Of a stretch of DNA of 64,000 nucleotides, positions 23,901-36,200 are shown one piece after another. The stretch is from NCBI GenBank assembly GCA_002269645.1, contig NIVC01000694.1:124001-188000 (forward strand). The letters run 5' to 3'. Both the position numbers and the translations under genes were made by a program. Every line of letters begins with the position of its first letter. The stretch's first letter is position 1. Below the pieces are notes generated by a model. The model made no database searches. It had not been told where the DNA came from and saw only the letters and a list, made by a program, of their open reading frames with translations. The DNA is from Macrostomum lignano (taxonomy: Eukaryota).

Positions 23901-26817
23901 TTCTTGATTCTCACTCGATTTTTGCAGCCTTTCGACCATTTATAAGCTGCCAATGGACAATTAATAAGATTAAAACGTTATTGCATGGCGGCATTAAAGC
24001 CTGTGACCTGGAGAGTTGTTTATCAAGACTTTATAAAGTCAACATTGAGAATCCTCGCGCTGAGGACATTGGGTCATTAACTGAGTTTCCGAGCCATGTT
24101 CTCTCAGGTGCTGTAGATATTTATTTCAATGAGTTTTTGCGAGAAAAATCAGTTGACTTTAATGACGACGGCAGGCTACAAATCCAACCACTCCAAGTTG
24201 TGCAGAAAATGCGAAATTTCTGCTGTGAGCTGCAGATTGAATTTCCGCATGGCTCTGTTGCGCCAATGATCGATAGAATTGCGCTGCGTTTGATTGGTCA
24301 GAAGTTTGGTTTTCCAAAAGAAAAGCTAATCGAAGTTCGTGAAGCTTGTAATATTATTAAAATTTTAGCCTTGCGCTCTGATCGAGTAAGCTTCAAGCCA
24401 TTTAATGTAACTGTCAATGGTTTTCCTGACTCAACTATCCCGATTTGTTCCGCCTTTTGTGCTCAATTACAATTTAATCATTTAAAGAACAGCATTGACC
24501 AATCAAAAATGGACAGTGAGCTAAAGCTAGCCATTGACTCCGCAGTGCAACAAAGCAAAATTTCAATGCCTGAAGTCAAGAAGTTGTTAACCATTGTAGC
24601 TAAACTCTGTGCTAAGAAGTACATGGGTCATCTTCAGCATCATCGATTGCAGAAAGAACTAGTCGAATCTATTGATTCTAGTCGAATCAATAGATCTATT
24701 ATGATCTATTATGATCTATTAAGCTCTTGTGTCAGCAAGCTGGTGCTGCATTTCCGTCGGAGATATTTGCGGAATTAGAACGGATTGTATGCATTCGAAA
24801 GTTAGCCATAAAAGCCGATCTGCCAGAATTTTTGGTTGCATCGTTGGATTCGAACATTGACTTAGAATTGGCACTGCGTCAATACTCGCGCTTTGTGGCT
24901 TTAAAGAAAAGCAGCAAAGTGTCTGATATTGTTGAAGTGAAAATGCAGCCGATCTCTAACCTTCAGGAAATCATTGCTTGCGCTTCTATGAAGGCCGCCA
25001 GGACCTCTAGATTTCGCCAAAGCAAGCTTGTTGCAGATAGCGCTTCTAGCAGTCGTCCAATGTATGCAAACTATATGGACAGATCCATGTCTAAGAATTC
25101 AAGCTCAGAGCCGTCTGAAACTACAGTTAGAGCAGCGTCAACTGACCTCGAACATCAGGCACTAAACAACTCGTCTGGAGACCAGAGTTTTTCGGAATCA
25201 AGGTTATCCGTTAGCTTGATTTTAGATGATCCTTTTTTGCAAACAGAAGACGTGCCCTGTGGTGTCATTAACAGTCTAGACGAACTTCCTGCCCCCGGAA
25301 ACTCGGTCTGTGAGCTTTGGGGGACATCATTTGCTAGTCATGGCGTCTCTGAAGGAAAAATTTATTTTGAGACTGTCCTGCTTCACGCGAAAGAGCAACC
25401 TTCTCAAAGAAGTGCTTTTCGTGTTGGGTGGAGTCTAGTACCGAGATCTAATTTCTGTGCGGCCAATCACGGACTTCCAGGATCAAGTAAATTCAGCTTT
25501 GCTTATTCCTCCAAAGGCTACGCTATTCTCGCTGGTTCGCTTTCTCGACTACCTGGTCTTGAATGCGCAGTTGGTGATCGAGTTGCGATTACTATTGAGA
25601 TTAAAAAAACTGACTGCAACGAAGCGCTTGCCATTTTTAATGTCGCTGTTGCCTCCTCTCCTTCTGGCCGGCACTTAGCGCGACAATCATGTCCATTTAG
25701 TATCCGATATCAGCTCCCAGCGAACATCATAGATATGGTCTGGGTTCCGCATGTTGCTGTTGTAAACTCCAAGCTCCAACTGTGCTTCAACAAAATTTCA
25801 TCAACGTTAGTTCGTCCGTCAGACAACTTGTCATTGGCTTTCAATACAGCTGTGCCAATTGCTCAATTCAAACCTCCTGAGCAGCCAGAAGTGCTTTTTA
25901 ATGTAGGACTGCCATTATCAGGCAAAACTCGCTTTACCGAAGCGCAGAAATCTGTCCATAAAGACTCGCAGCTCATGGTTGTGAGTTTGGACCTATTTTT
26001 CGAAAGGCTCATTGCCCCGGAACTTGACGAATCATTGTCTAACGAGGAGACGTTGAATCGATTATTCGACTATTTACAGATCGCCGGAAATGATCTCATT
26101 CACACGTGTCTAACACACGCTACTAAGATGAGATCCAACATAATTATCGATTTTTGCAACTTGTCCTACGGCACCCGAAGAAACCGTGTAGAACTTTGCG
26201 GTCCTGGCTATGAAACTAAAGCTATAATCTTTTGTCCTGGTGCCAAGATGACCAAACGGATGATCAAAAGTGGATTAGCTTCCCGCAATCAGTCGCAACT
26301 CTCCAACGCATACAACTATTTGAAAGCTGTCATGGAACTTCCCGGACTGCACAATGCTGAATTCGATAACGTATCTCTCTTTGGCAGTGGAGTCACTGAG
26401 GAAGTGGTTTTAGCTCGAGCTGCTGAAATTCGCAGCGAGGCAGAAGCCATGGGCAGTTTTCCTGGTGACTGTGACGAGTTTCTCATGGAACTCTACTGCC
26501 GATTCGGCCTAGACGTCCCGGACTTCGCTGCCGAAGTTGACCTGACCGAGTTGGGACCGCAACTGAATGAAGCCGAATTTCAGCCTTCGATGCTGCAGCC
26601 TTTGCGAAATGACCGGCCGGATATGTTAGCCCAAGAGGCTGAACCCGATCTGCTGCTGCATGGCCAGATGGACTATGACGAGCAGTTCGATTTTGTTCCC
26701 GGGTCGCCGCTTACGGTCATCCGGACCCCATGGCCGAGCCGGAAAGTCCTGTCTTTCCTCCGCAGTGAAATCTGTCCTACTGGATGGCAAACTCTTTTTG
26801 CGCGTTCAATCAGTTAA
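20954..26817 (+). CDS. Giant intronless hnRNP-U/HNRNPUL1-like SPRY + P-loop protein, split into two overlapping ORFs (20954-24778, 24727-26817)
   Basis: ORF2 has SPRY motifs (GKIYFET, FRVGWS, FSFAYSSKG) followed by LFNVGLPLSGKT and NIIIDFCN..RRNR, the SPRY+AAA_33 order of hnRNP U. ORF1 has a basic/disordered N-terminal half and a helical repeat region. The ORFs join in frame if 20 bp of the (GATCTATTAT)x3 repeat at 24693-24721 is removed. Start codon uncertain. Confidence 0.62.
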
Positions 26818-27000
26818 AATTGTTTCTTTGTTTCAATGCTATTTGTGTCCTTATGTATGGCTATTTGCATTAGCAACAATATTGCTAGTCCCTACCAATC
26901 TGATCTGCTGAACTCAGCTGCAGATGCAATTTTGCTAGATTTAAGAACTCATTTCCATGCTGGATTTTATAAAATTTGTTTATAGCGACCCTAGGTAAAT

Positions 27001-27450
27001 AATCACCATGGCCTAAGCTGAGTTCAGCAGATCTGATCGGTAAATAATCACCATGGCCTGAGCTGAGTTCAGCAGATCTGATCGGTAAATCACTGCCATG
27101 GCCTGAGCTGAGTTCAGCAGATCTGATCGGTAAATCACCGCCATGGCCTGAGCTGAGTTCAGCAGATCTGATCGGTAAATCACCGCCATGGCCTGGGCTG
27201 AGTTCAGCAGATCTGATCGGTAAATCACCGCCATGGCCTGGGCTGAGTTCAGCAGATCTGATCGGTAAATCACTGCCATGGCCTGAGCTGAGTTCAGCAG
27301 ATCTGATCGGTAAATCACCGCCATGGCCTGAGCTGAGTTCAGCAGATCTGATCGGTAAATCACCGCCATGGCCTGAGCTGAGTTCAGCAGATCTGATCGG
27401 TAAATCACTGCCATGGCCTGAGCTGAGTTCAGCAGATCTGATCGGTAAAT
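27001..27450. repeat. 45-bp tandem repeat, about 10 copies
   Basis: Unit ATGGCCTGAGCTGAGTTCAGCAGATCTGATCGGTAAATCACCGCC. Confidence 0.96.
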
Positions 27451-27750
27451 CTTTGCTACCCCCGCACACCACGGTTTAACATCTGTAACATTTGTATCCT
27501 TGTTTTTTTGTTCCTTCAGCCAACGTGAATGTTTTTATCTGTGCGCTCTGCAATCGTTTTTTTCTTGATTTACATACGATTCGTATTAGTGAGCTCTGCT
27601 CCCATCTTGCTCAATGTGTTCTTTGGTCCCAAATTCTGGGTTGCAGCTTTTTCGATTTTTACGAATGTTTGAAAACGATTTTTAGAATAAAAATTTTTTA
27701 GTATATAGGAATCCAAGTCTTTGTTATTTCGGGCTGAGGTTTCAGTTTTC

Positions 27751-27878
27751 CTAATGTAACTAATGTATCCGATGTTTGGTTGTCTGGAGTGTGATTGGCT
27801 ATTTCAGGCTGCGGTTTCAGGGTTGCTAATGTAACTAATGTATCCGATGTTCGATTGTCTGGAGTGTGATTGGCTCCA
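27751..27878. repeat. Local direct duplication of about 50 bp
   Basis: CTAATGTAACTAATGTATCCGATGTT...GTCTGGAGTGTGATTGGCT occurs at about 27751 and about 27826. Confidence 0.85.
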
Positions 27879-28127
27879 GCTTTTTGCATTGTGTTCAATC
27901 CAGTTTTTGTTTTATTGCGCACTTTATGCTGTACAAGCGGTATCTACCGCTGTCGCTTACTGTCTTAATCTTCCGCATCCTCATCTACATTGTATAAGCC
28001 TGTTCATCCTTTATTGCAGACTCACTTCTACTTAATCTTATATTCATCCACTACTGCATTAGCAAAAAGTCTATCCTATGTGCGGCTTTGTCATTTGCTT
28101 ATTTTATTACCAATGAGTCATGAGGTG

Positions 28128-28575
28128 TTGCATGACTGACAGTGTGAGGGGCACCAGGTGAGAATAGAGGAACTGCTGCATGACTGACTGTGTGAGCGGC
28201 ACCAGGTGAGAATAGAGGAACTGTTGCATGACTGACAGTGTGAGGGGCACCAGGTGAGAATAGAGGAACTGTTGCATGACTGACAGTGTGAGGGGCACCA
28301 GGTGAGAATAGAGGAACTGCTGCATGACTGACTGTGTGAGGGGCACCAGGTGAGAATAGAGGAACTGCTGCATGACTGACTGTGTGAGGGGCACCAGGTG
28401 AGAATAGAGGAACTGTTGCATGACTGACAGTGTGAGGGGCACCAGGTGAGAATAGAGGAACTGCTGCATGACTGACAGTGTGAGGGGCACCAGGTGAGAA
28501 TAGAGGAACTGCTGCATGACTGACAGTGTGAGGGGCACCAGTTGAGAATAGAGGAACTGCTGCATGACTGACTGA
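28128..28575. repeat. 48-bp tandem repeat, about 9 copies
   Basis: Unit GCATGACTGACAGTGTGAGGGGCACCAGGTGAGAATAGAGGAACTGTT. Confidence 0.96.
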
Positions 28576-28877
28576 CCCTCATGTTGCCTTTGCGAACCTA
28601 TGATTGCCAAAGCAGTTTTCCGCACATGTCCTAGCTACATGTAGCTCACTTGTTTTATTTGTTATTTTAAATGCAAAAAATTAAAACAAAGTGAAACTGC
28701 TATGAAGTTCTTTACCGTTCGCTTTTAATTTTTTATTTGTCTTGTCTCTGTTTATTTGTCCTAGAATTAGCATTCAGGCTAGTGGGAAGTTAATTTTACC
28801 CTATCGTCCAAATCCTGTATATAATTATCTATCCGCAGGTAGTGAACATGCCTGACGGTTAGAAAGTGTTAGCTCAA

Positions 28878-29443
28878 GTGAGTACATGAGTGCGTGCCTA
28901 AGTACATGAGTGCGTGCCTGAGTACATGAGTGCGTGCCTAAGTACATGAGTGCGTGCCTGAGTACATGAGTGCGTGCCTGAGTACATGAGTGCGTGTCTG
29001 AGTACATGAGTGCGTGCCTAAGTACATGAGTGCGTGCCTGAGTACATGAGTGCGTGTCTGAGTACATGAGTGCGTGCCTAAGTACATGAGTGCGTGCCTG
29101 AGTACATGAGTGCGTGCCTAAGTACGAGTGCGTGCCTGAGTACATGAGTGCGTGCCTGAGTACATGAGTGCGTGCCTAAGTACATGAGTGCGTGCCTAAG
29201 TACATGAGTGCGTGCCTGAGTACATGAGTGCGTGCCTGAGTACATGAGTGCGTGTCTGAGTACATGAGTGCGTGCCTAAGTACATGAGTGCGTGCCTGAG
29301 TACATGAGTGCGTGTCTGAGTACATGAGTGCGTGCCTAAGTACATGAGTGCGTGCCTGAGTACATGAGTGCGTGCCTGAGTACATGAGTGCGTGCCTGAG
29401 TACATGAGTGCGTGCCTGAGTACATGAGTGCGTGCCTGAGTAC
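28878..29443. repeat. 20-bp minisatellite (GAGTACATGAGTGCGTGCCT)n
   Basis: About 28 direct units. Confidence 0.97.
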
Positions 29444-29655
29444 AGTACATCCGCGCGCGCTTGTATGTCCTCAGCTGTCAGCGAAATGAGCAGAATTTCC
29501 TCACCACCGGAGATCCCTGTGTGAGTGCATGCCCAGGGGTGTGGAATGCTGAAGTGCCGGTGACTTGGAGCTCAGGTGCCAGACAGTCACAGTATACCTG
29601 GGCTATACTCCCAGCATTATCTGGCTGCAAAGTATTTAGCATAGGCCGTCTTTAG

Positions 29656-30378
29656 CGTGAGCTGCCGCAGCCCGTGACTCAGAGCTCGCTTCAAATCGCT
29701 CCGCCCACCGCCTTGCAGCGCCGGTGGCGAGGAATTTCGCGCTTCCAGCGCCGCCTGGTGCTGCTGCTGCTGGCGCTGGCGCTGTTCGTGTTCTGGTTCG
29801 CCCTGCCCCGGGTTGCAGTGATGGAGCGGGCGGCCGCTGGCCAGGACCTGCAGATGGTCGACCCGCCTGGCTTTGAGGCAGCGCCGGCAAAACCTGAGGA
29901 AAGAGGTGAGCTTTATTGCTTTTAACTGTGAATTTTTAAGAATTGGTTATTCAAAAGCTTGGATTGAGCAGCAGAGGTTGTCCTGAATCATGCCGCGTGC
30001 CTTTGAGAAGGCGAGTCTCTGACATTCCTGTATCTGCTTCTGCAGCTGATCCGACTTCTGCATCGCCCCCACCGGAGCTGCCGAAGCCGCCGCGGCCGCC
30101 TGCTTTGCCGGATGCGCCGGGGTCGCCGGCCCCGCAGCGGGTGTCGCCGCCAGCCGCCGGTCTCCGCTGCCGGCCGGCTCGCTGGGCCGCCTGTCGGAGA
30201 CGTCGCCAAGCCGGCGGCAGCTGGCGGTGCTGGAGGCCATGCAGCACTCGTGGAAGGCCTACGAGCTCTACGCCTGGGGCAAGGACGAGGTTCACCCGCT
30301 GTCCAAGTGCGTTTAGGGGCTGTTCGCCACTGCGGCTGAGCCCTAAACAGACAGACAGACAGACAGACACAGGCAGAA

Positions 30379-30423
<45 letters not shown>

Positions 30424-30482
30424 CAGGCAGAAAGACAGACAGACAGACAGATAGACACAGACAGAGACACAGGCAGACAGAC

Positions 30483-30529
<47 letters not shown>

Positions 30530-32030
30530 CCATGACAGACAGGCCGCAGCTTTCAATCGCTACTGAATTGCTCCCATTTGTAGGTCCTCCGCTGTGTGGA
30601 TGGGCGCCGGCCTGACTCTCATAGACTCGCTGGACACTCTCATGATCATGGGGATGTCCCAACAGGTCGCCAAGGCCCGCGAGTGGGTCGCCACGCAGCT
30701 CAACTTTGATGTCGATAAGCCGCACACGAACGTCTTTGAGACCACCATCCGGTTGCTGGGAGGTCTGCTGTCGGCCTACCACCTGTCCAATGACTCTATC
30801 TACCTGGACCGTGCCCTTCAGCTTGGCGAGCGGCTGCTGCCCGCCTTCAGCTCGCCCTCGGCCTGCCGTACAGCGACATCAACCTGCACACTGGCCAGGC
30901 CTCCAACCCCGTCTGGACTGTTGAGTCTTCCACGTCTGAGGTTTGAAATCGGGCCCTCTATCTGTGATCTCACTGATCTCACCGATAGGACGGGGACAGT
31001 GGCGGATCGGAGATGTGTCTTACTCGCGCAACCAAGCTCCTAGGTTCGATTCTCTAAGCCGCAGGGGTTCGTGCACAAAAGAGCCAAGCGCCCCCACCCC
31101 ACCTGCCGCACCCAGGTGTCCTCCGTGCAGCTGGAACTCCGCGAGCTGTCCCGCCTGACGGGCCGGCCGGAGTTCGCCGACGCCGCCGACCGGATCAGCC
31201 GCGTGCTGCACTCGGCCGACAAGAAGGACGGCCTGGTGCCGATCTACGTGAACTCCGTCACCGGCCGGCTGCACAACGGCGGCACCGTGTCGCTGGGCGC
31301 CCGCGGTGACAGCTATTACGAATACCTCATCAAGCAGTTCGTGCAGGCCGGCAAGTCGCGCTCATTTGAATACCTTCGCGACGACTGGCTGGCCGCAATG
31401 GACGGCGTCGCCAAGCACCTGGTGCGCGAGTCCCAGCCGCACCGGTTCAAGTTCGTCGGCGAGCTGCTCGGCGGCACCACCTTCTCGCCCAAGATGGACC
31501 ACCTGGTCTGCTTCCTGCCGGGCGCCCTGGCCTACGGCTTCCTGCACGGCATGCCGCGGGAGCACCTGCGGCTGGCCGAGCAGCTCATGCGCACCTGCTA
31601 CATCACCTACACGACCACGGCCACCGGCCTGGCTCCTGAGATTACCCACTTCAACACGGACGCCGCCTCGGTGGCCGACACCTACGTGAAGCCGCTTGAC
31701 CGGCACAATATTCAGCGACCGGAAACTGTGGAGTCTTTGTTCTACATGTGGCGCGTCACCGGTGACAGGAAGTACCAAGACTGGGGCTGGGCCATCTTCC
31801 AGGCCTTCGAGAAGTACACCAAGGTGCAGCCAGCCGGCTACGTCAGCATCAGCGACGTCACCAACGCCCGCAACCCAGGCAAGCGGACCAAATGCGAGTC
31901 GTTCTGGTTCGCCGAGACACTGAAGTATTTCTTCCTGCTATTCTCTGAGGACAACGACCTGCTGCCGCTGGACAAGTGGCTGTTCAACACCGAAGCGCAC
32001 CCGCTGCCCATCTGGCCGAGGCAGCCATAG
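29656..32030 (+). CDS. MAN1B1: ER mannosyl-oligosaccharide alpha-1,2-mannosidase (GH47), MAN1B1-like
   Basis: Exons about 29656-29905 (type [21 protein letters not shown]), 30046-30306, 30585-30940 and 31116-32030. Motifs [65 protein letters not shown] and ETLKY. Two 1-bp deletions (about 30165 and about 30862) shift the frame. The ATG exon is unresolved, probably near 29465-29520. Confidence 0.92.
30347..30541. repeat. (GACA)n compound microsatellite in a MAN1B1 intron
   Basis: Read directly. Confidence 0.97.
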
Positions 32031-32120
32031 CTCTGGGCTGCCGGCCGTCGGGCATTCGATGCACGATTTTTCCTCTATTTTTATAGATAATGCGCTTTAA
32101 TTGATAGCTTTACTGTACCC

Positions 32121-32815
32121 GCTGAGTGCCTGCGGACTGCGTGTGTCCGGATATCTGAGTGCCTGCGGACTGCGTGTGTCCGGATATCTGAGTGCCTGCG
32201 GACTGCGTGTGTCCGGATATCTGAGTGCCTGCGGACTGCGTGTGTCCGGATATCTGAGTGCCTGCGGACTGCGGTGTGACCGGATATCTGAGTGCCTGCG
32301 GACTGCGGTGTGACCGGATATCTGAGTGCCTGCGGACTGCGGTGTGACCGGATATCTGAGTGCCTGCGGACTGCGGTGTGACCGGATATCTGAGTGCCTG
32401 CGGACTGCGGTGTGACCGGATATCTGAGTGCCTGCGGACTGCGGTGTGACCGGATATCTGAGTGCCTGCGGACTGCGGTGTGACCGGATATCTGAGTGCC
32501 TGCGGACTGCGGTGTGACCGGATATCTGAGTGCCTGCGGACTGCGGTGTGACCGGATATCTGAGTGCCTGCGGACTGCGGTGTGACCGGATATCTGAGTG
32601 CCTGCGGACTGCGGTGTGACCGGATATCTGAGTGCCTGCGGTGTGTCCGGATATCTGAGTGCCTGCGGTGTGTCCGGATATCTGAGTGCCTGCGCTGTGT
32701 CCGGATATCTGAGTGCCTGTGCTGTGTCCGGATATGTGAGTGCCTGCGCTGTGTCCGGATATCTGAGTGCCTGCGCTGTGTCCGGATATCTGAGTGCCTG
32801 CGGTGTGTTCGGATA
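32121..32815. repeat. 34-bp minisatellite grading into a 27-bp derivative
   Basis: GAGTGCCTGCGGACTGCGGTGTGACCGGATATCT units, then units lacking an ACTGCGG segment. Confidence 0.96.
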
Positions 32816-33243
32816 CATTAATTTTTGCACAATGGTTTACAGTTATTCTGGCTCAGCGTTCTCAATTTGCTATTTGTTAGCGGCATTCCTATATTTTTTC
32901 TTGCACTATCATTCGATCGATTTGCTGTCAATAACAGCGGGCGTTGCTCATTGGCTGCTGCATTTTCTGACATTCCCTGCGGTTTCTGGGCTGCTTTGCT
33001 GGACTGCTGATTGCATGCGCTGGGTAGGAGAAATGCCTAGGGTTTTTCCACTCTTTAATTTGCACACCAATCTTGATTTTATTTGCGTTTTCAATGTGTT
33101 AGATGCTTTGGCAAAATATATATAGTTTATTAATAGCGTGATTTTTTAAAACTGTTTATTTCCACTTAACTCTCTTTCAAGCCTGGGGTTTAGCAAGCGT
33201 AGAGAGCTCAAAGAATGAAATTGCTATCAATAGAAATTAGTCT

Positions 33244-36200
33244 ATGGCTGGACTTCAAGTAGTGCAGAAGCAGTCTGGGCGGGAGCAGTCCGAATTCTAT
33301 CGGGAATCAATGCAGAGCCCTCCCCCACCCACCGGCTCCAGCGGCGCGCCTATGCTCAGCTTGAACGGCAGCGCCGAGCTCACCCGCCTGAAGGCGCAGC
33401 AGCAGCCGGCAGGCGCCTCCGCAGCCAGCGAAGCCTCAGCCGCTGACCGGGTCCTTCGAGCCACTCAGCGGGCTGTCGACTCCGCGTTGGGCAGCGCGGG
33501 CCGCGCGCCGCCAGAAAGCGAGGAGGCCCTGCGGAGTCGCTGGGCCACGTCCTGGCAGCAGCAGGAGAAGGACAGCGACCAGCAGGCCGCTTCTGCTGTC
33601 GACGTCCGGGCGTCGCAGGGCTCGACAACTCTGGACGATCAGTTCTACCTGCTGCCCACTGAGGCGGCGCACCAGCTGGCCGGCTCGGCTGCTGCGGGCG
33701 AGCTGCGGAGCAGCGGTCGCATTCCTGACAAGCTGGTGTGGAAGCGGCCGGTCCCCGGCGCCGTCTTCTCCGACGTTGTTGACGTTCCCGCCCGGACTGT
33801 GGATGACGTCATGGACGGCGTCACCGAAAACGCCGCAGCAGTCGCATCGGGCGACATCGAGCTGGCTGACGAAGGCATCGCCACCATGACGCTCCGGCAA
33901 GGTGGCAGCGGTCTCCGGCAGGGAGCTGCCTGCGAGTCTCCACCTCAGCGCCTTGGCAATGATGAGGAGGCCGAGAATGAAGGCAGAGAGTTCGGGGAGA
34001 CGGCGGCCCGTCAGCAGCAGCCGCAGCCCTCGGCCGGCGATGTCGCTGATTGTCGCCGCCTCCTGGCCAGCCGAAAAGTTGGCGGCGGCGGCGGCGGCTC
34101 CGGTGGCCGAGTCGTCCATCCGAGGGTCCTGCCACCTCAACAGCAGCCGCAGCAGGTGGCGGCTACGGCGGCCGCGACTGCCGCGGTGGCCATGGCAGAG
34201 CCGCTGATCCGCGGGCAGCAGCAGGTTGAGGCGAACATCGGCCGCCTGCTGGAGAGGCTCGAACGGCTGGAGGCGGAGCGTGCTGTCTCGGCAGGTGGGC
34301 AGCAGCCGAAGCAGGAGGAAGAGCGCCGCCTGCGGGAGCAGCTGGACCGCCTGCTGGCAGACCGGCTGAGCCAGCTGGAGCAGCTGCAGCGGGAGCAGTT
34401 GCGGATGCAGCAGGAGCTGCTCATGCAGCAGCACCGAATGCCGATGGTGCCTGTGATGCCGGGGCCTCCGCCGCCCCCGCCTCCCACGCAACACCAGCAG
34501 CAGTTTTTGCGCCAGCTGGTCGACGAGCGGGCGTCGTCCACCGGGCCGCAGCGCCGCCCGGCAGGCGAGTCGACGCGCAAGTCTCCGGGCCCACAGCCGG
34601 CGGAGCCGCAGCCACCGAGCGTCGATCGCGCCGCCCAAGTCGTGTCGGACATTCGTGACGAGGTGCGTGCGATCGTCCGCCGCGGTGACAGCGAGCTCGG
34701 CGGCGGCGTGGCCCGCCTGCTTAACGAGATCGACAGCATTCGCTCCGACATCCGGGCGCACAAAGACCGCTACCAGGCCATGCCGCCGGCCGAGGCCACG
34801 GCTACGACCAGCGCGGGGCAGTCCCGCCCGACCACCAGCGCGGGGCAGTCCCGCCCGACCACCAGCGCGGGGCAGTCCCGCCCGACGTCCATGCTGCCGC
34901 AGTACCAGTCCTCGCCTGCGATGTCCGCCATTGAGCCGCCCGCTGATCGCTCAACGCCCGCCGTGAGCCTCTCCGGCCTGTCCCGCTTCGAGATCAACGG
35001 GGCTGGCAGCGGCGGCGCCGGCGCGGCGGCGGCGCCAGAGAAGAAGCGCCGCTCCTATCCCTGAACGAGTACCTGCGCCGCGACCCGCTGCCTGACCGCA
35101 GCGTTTATCCATCCTATGACAGCGTGCTGGAGGCGGAGCGGCGCCAACAGGAGGCGGCCGGCAGCCACAAGCCAGAGGACTCGGTGGCGGCGGCGCAGCG
35201 CACCCTGCTGGAGGTTCGACGCCGCCAGAAGGCGCTGGAGACGCGCGCCCAGACGGCCGAGCGAAGCCGCGATGGCAAGCTGATCTACAGCATCGTTGAC
35301 GCCATCTGGCAGGACGAGACGGCCGCGCAGAGGGCCCGGGTTCGCGCCATTGTCGATGACGTCATCAAGCACGGCGGCGCCATCCGTCAGCGAGCGGTGC
35401 CCGGCGCCAGAAGAACGCGAGTGCAGCAGCCGCCCGAAGAGGCGCCTCTGCCGATTCGAGCAATTTTTGACGCAGTATCGGAGTCAGAGCTGGCCCGACT
35501 GTGCTCGCCTCAGAAAGCCGCCCCAGCAGGCGGTCAGCGCCGCAAGCTGGGGCCCTGGCAGCGCATGCCGTACATGCACTTTGCCAATGATGTGAAAGGC
35601 CCCATCACCGCCCTGCCCCGTCAGCCGGCTGAGGAGCCGCCACGCCGGCGCGCCGCACCGACCAGCGCCGTGCCAAAGAGGCGGGAGCCGAAGCCGCCGC
35701 AAACTCGCGAGGAAGCCGTGCAGGCGGGATCGCCGCCCCGGGATGATCGCCGTGACGACGGGAACGACGGGGACGACGAGGACGGCGCCTCGGTTGAGGG
35801 CGCAGGCGTCCGGCTTCCTGGCTATCACCGGCCGCCGCCTCGCCGGCCAGCGCCTCCAACAGGCCCATCGCGTCGCCGTCCCTCCGCCGAGGACGCGGCC
35901 GCGGCGTCACAGCCAGCCGGTCGAGTTCGCGCCGGCCACACCGCCGATGCCGTGCGCTCCCGGATGCGCGACGAAGTCCTTGCCGAGGTGCTCGCTCGCA
36001 TGGTCGACCAGCGCAGGCGGCCGTCAGGTGCGCCTCCAGAGCGCGCGAACTCGGCTGGCCTGGACGCGCTGATCCGGCGCATGATTCTCTCCGCGCTGCT
36101 TGCCCGAGTCGAACGCGCCGCGCGCCGATTGGCCGGTCGGGACGTACAGCCGCCAGGCGGCGCCGCCTTTTCAACGCCCGAAGCCACCCGCGCGATGACG

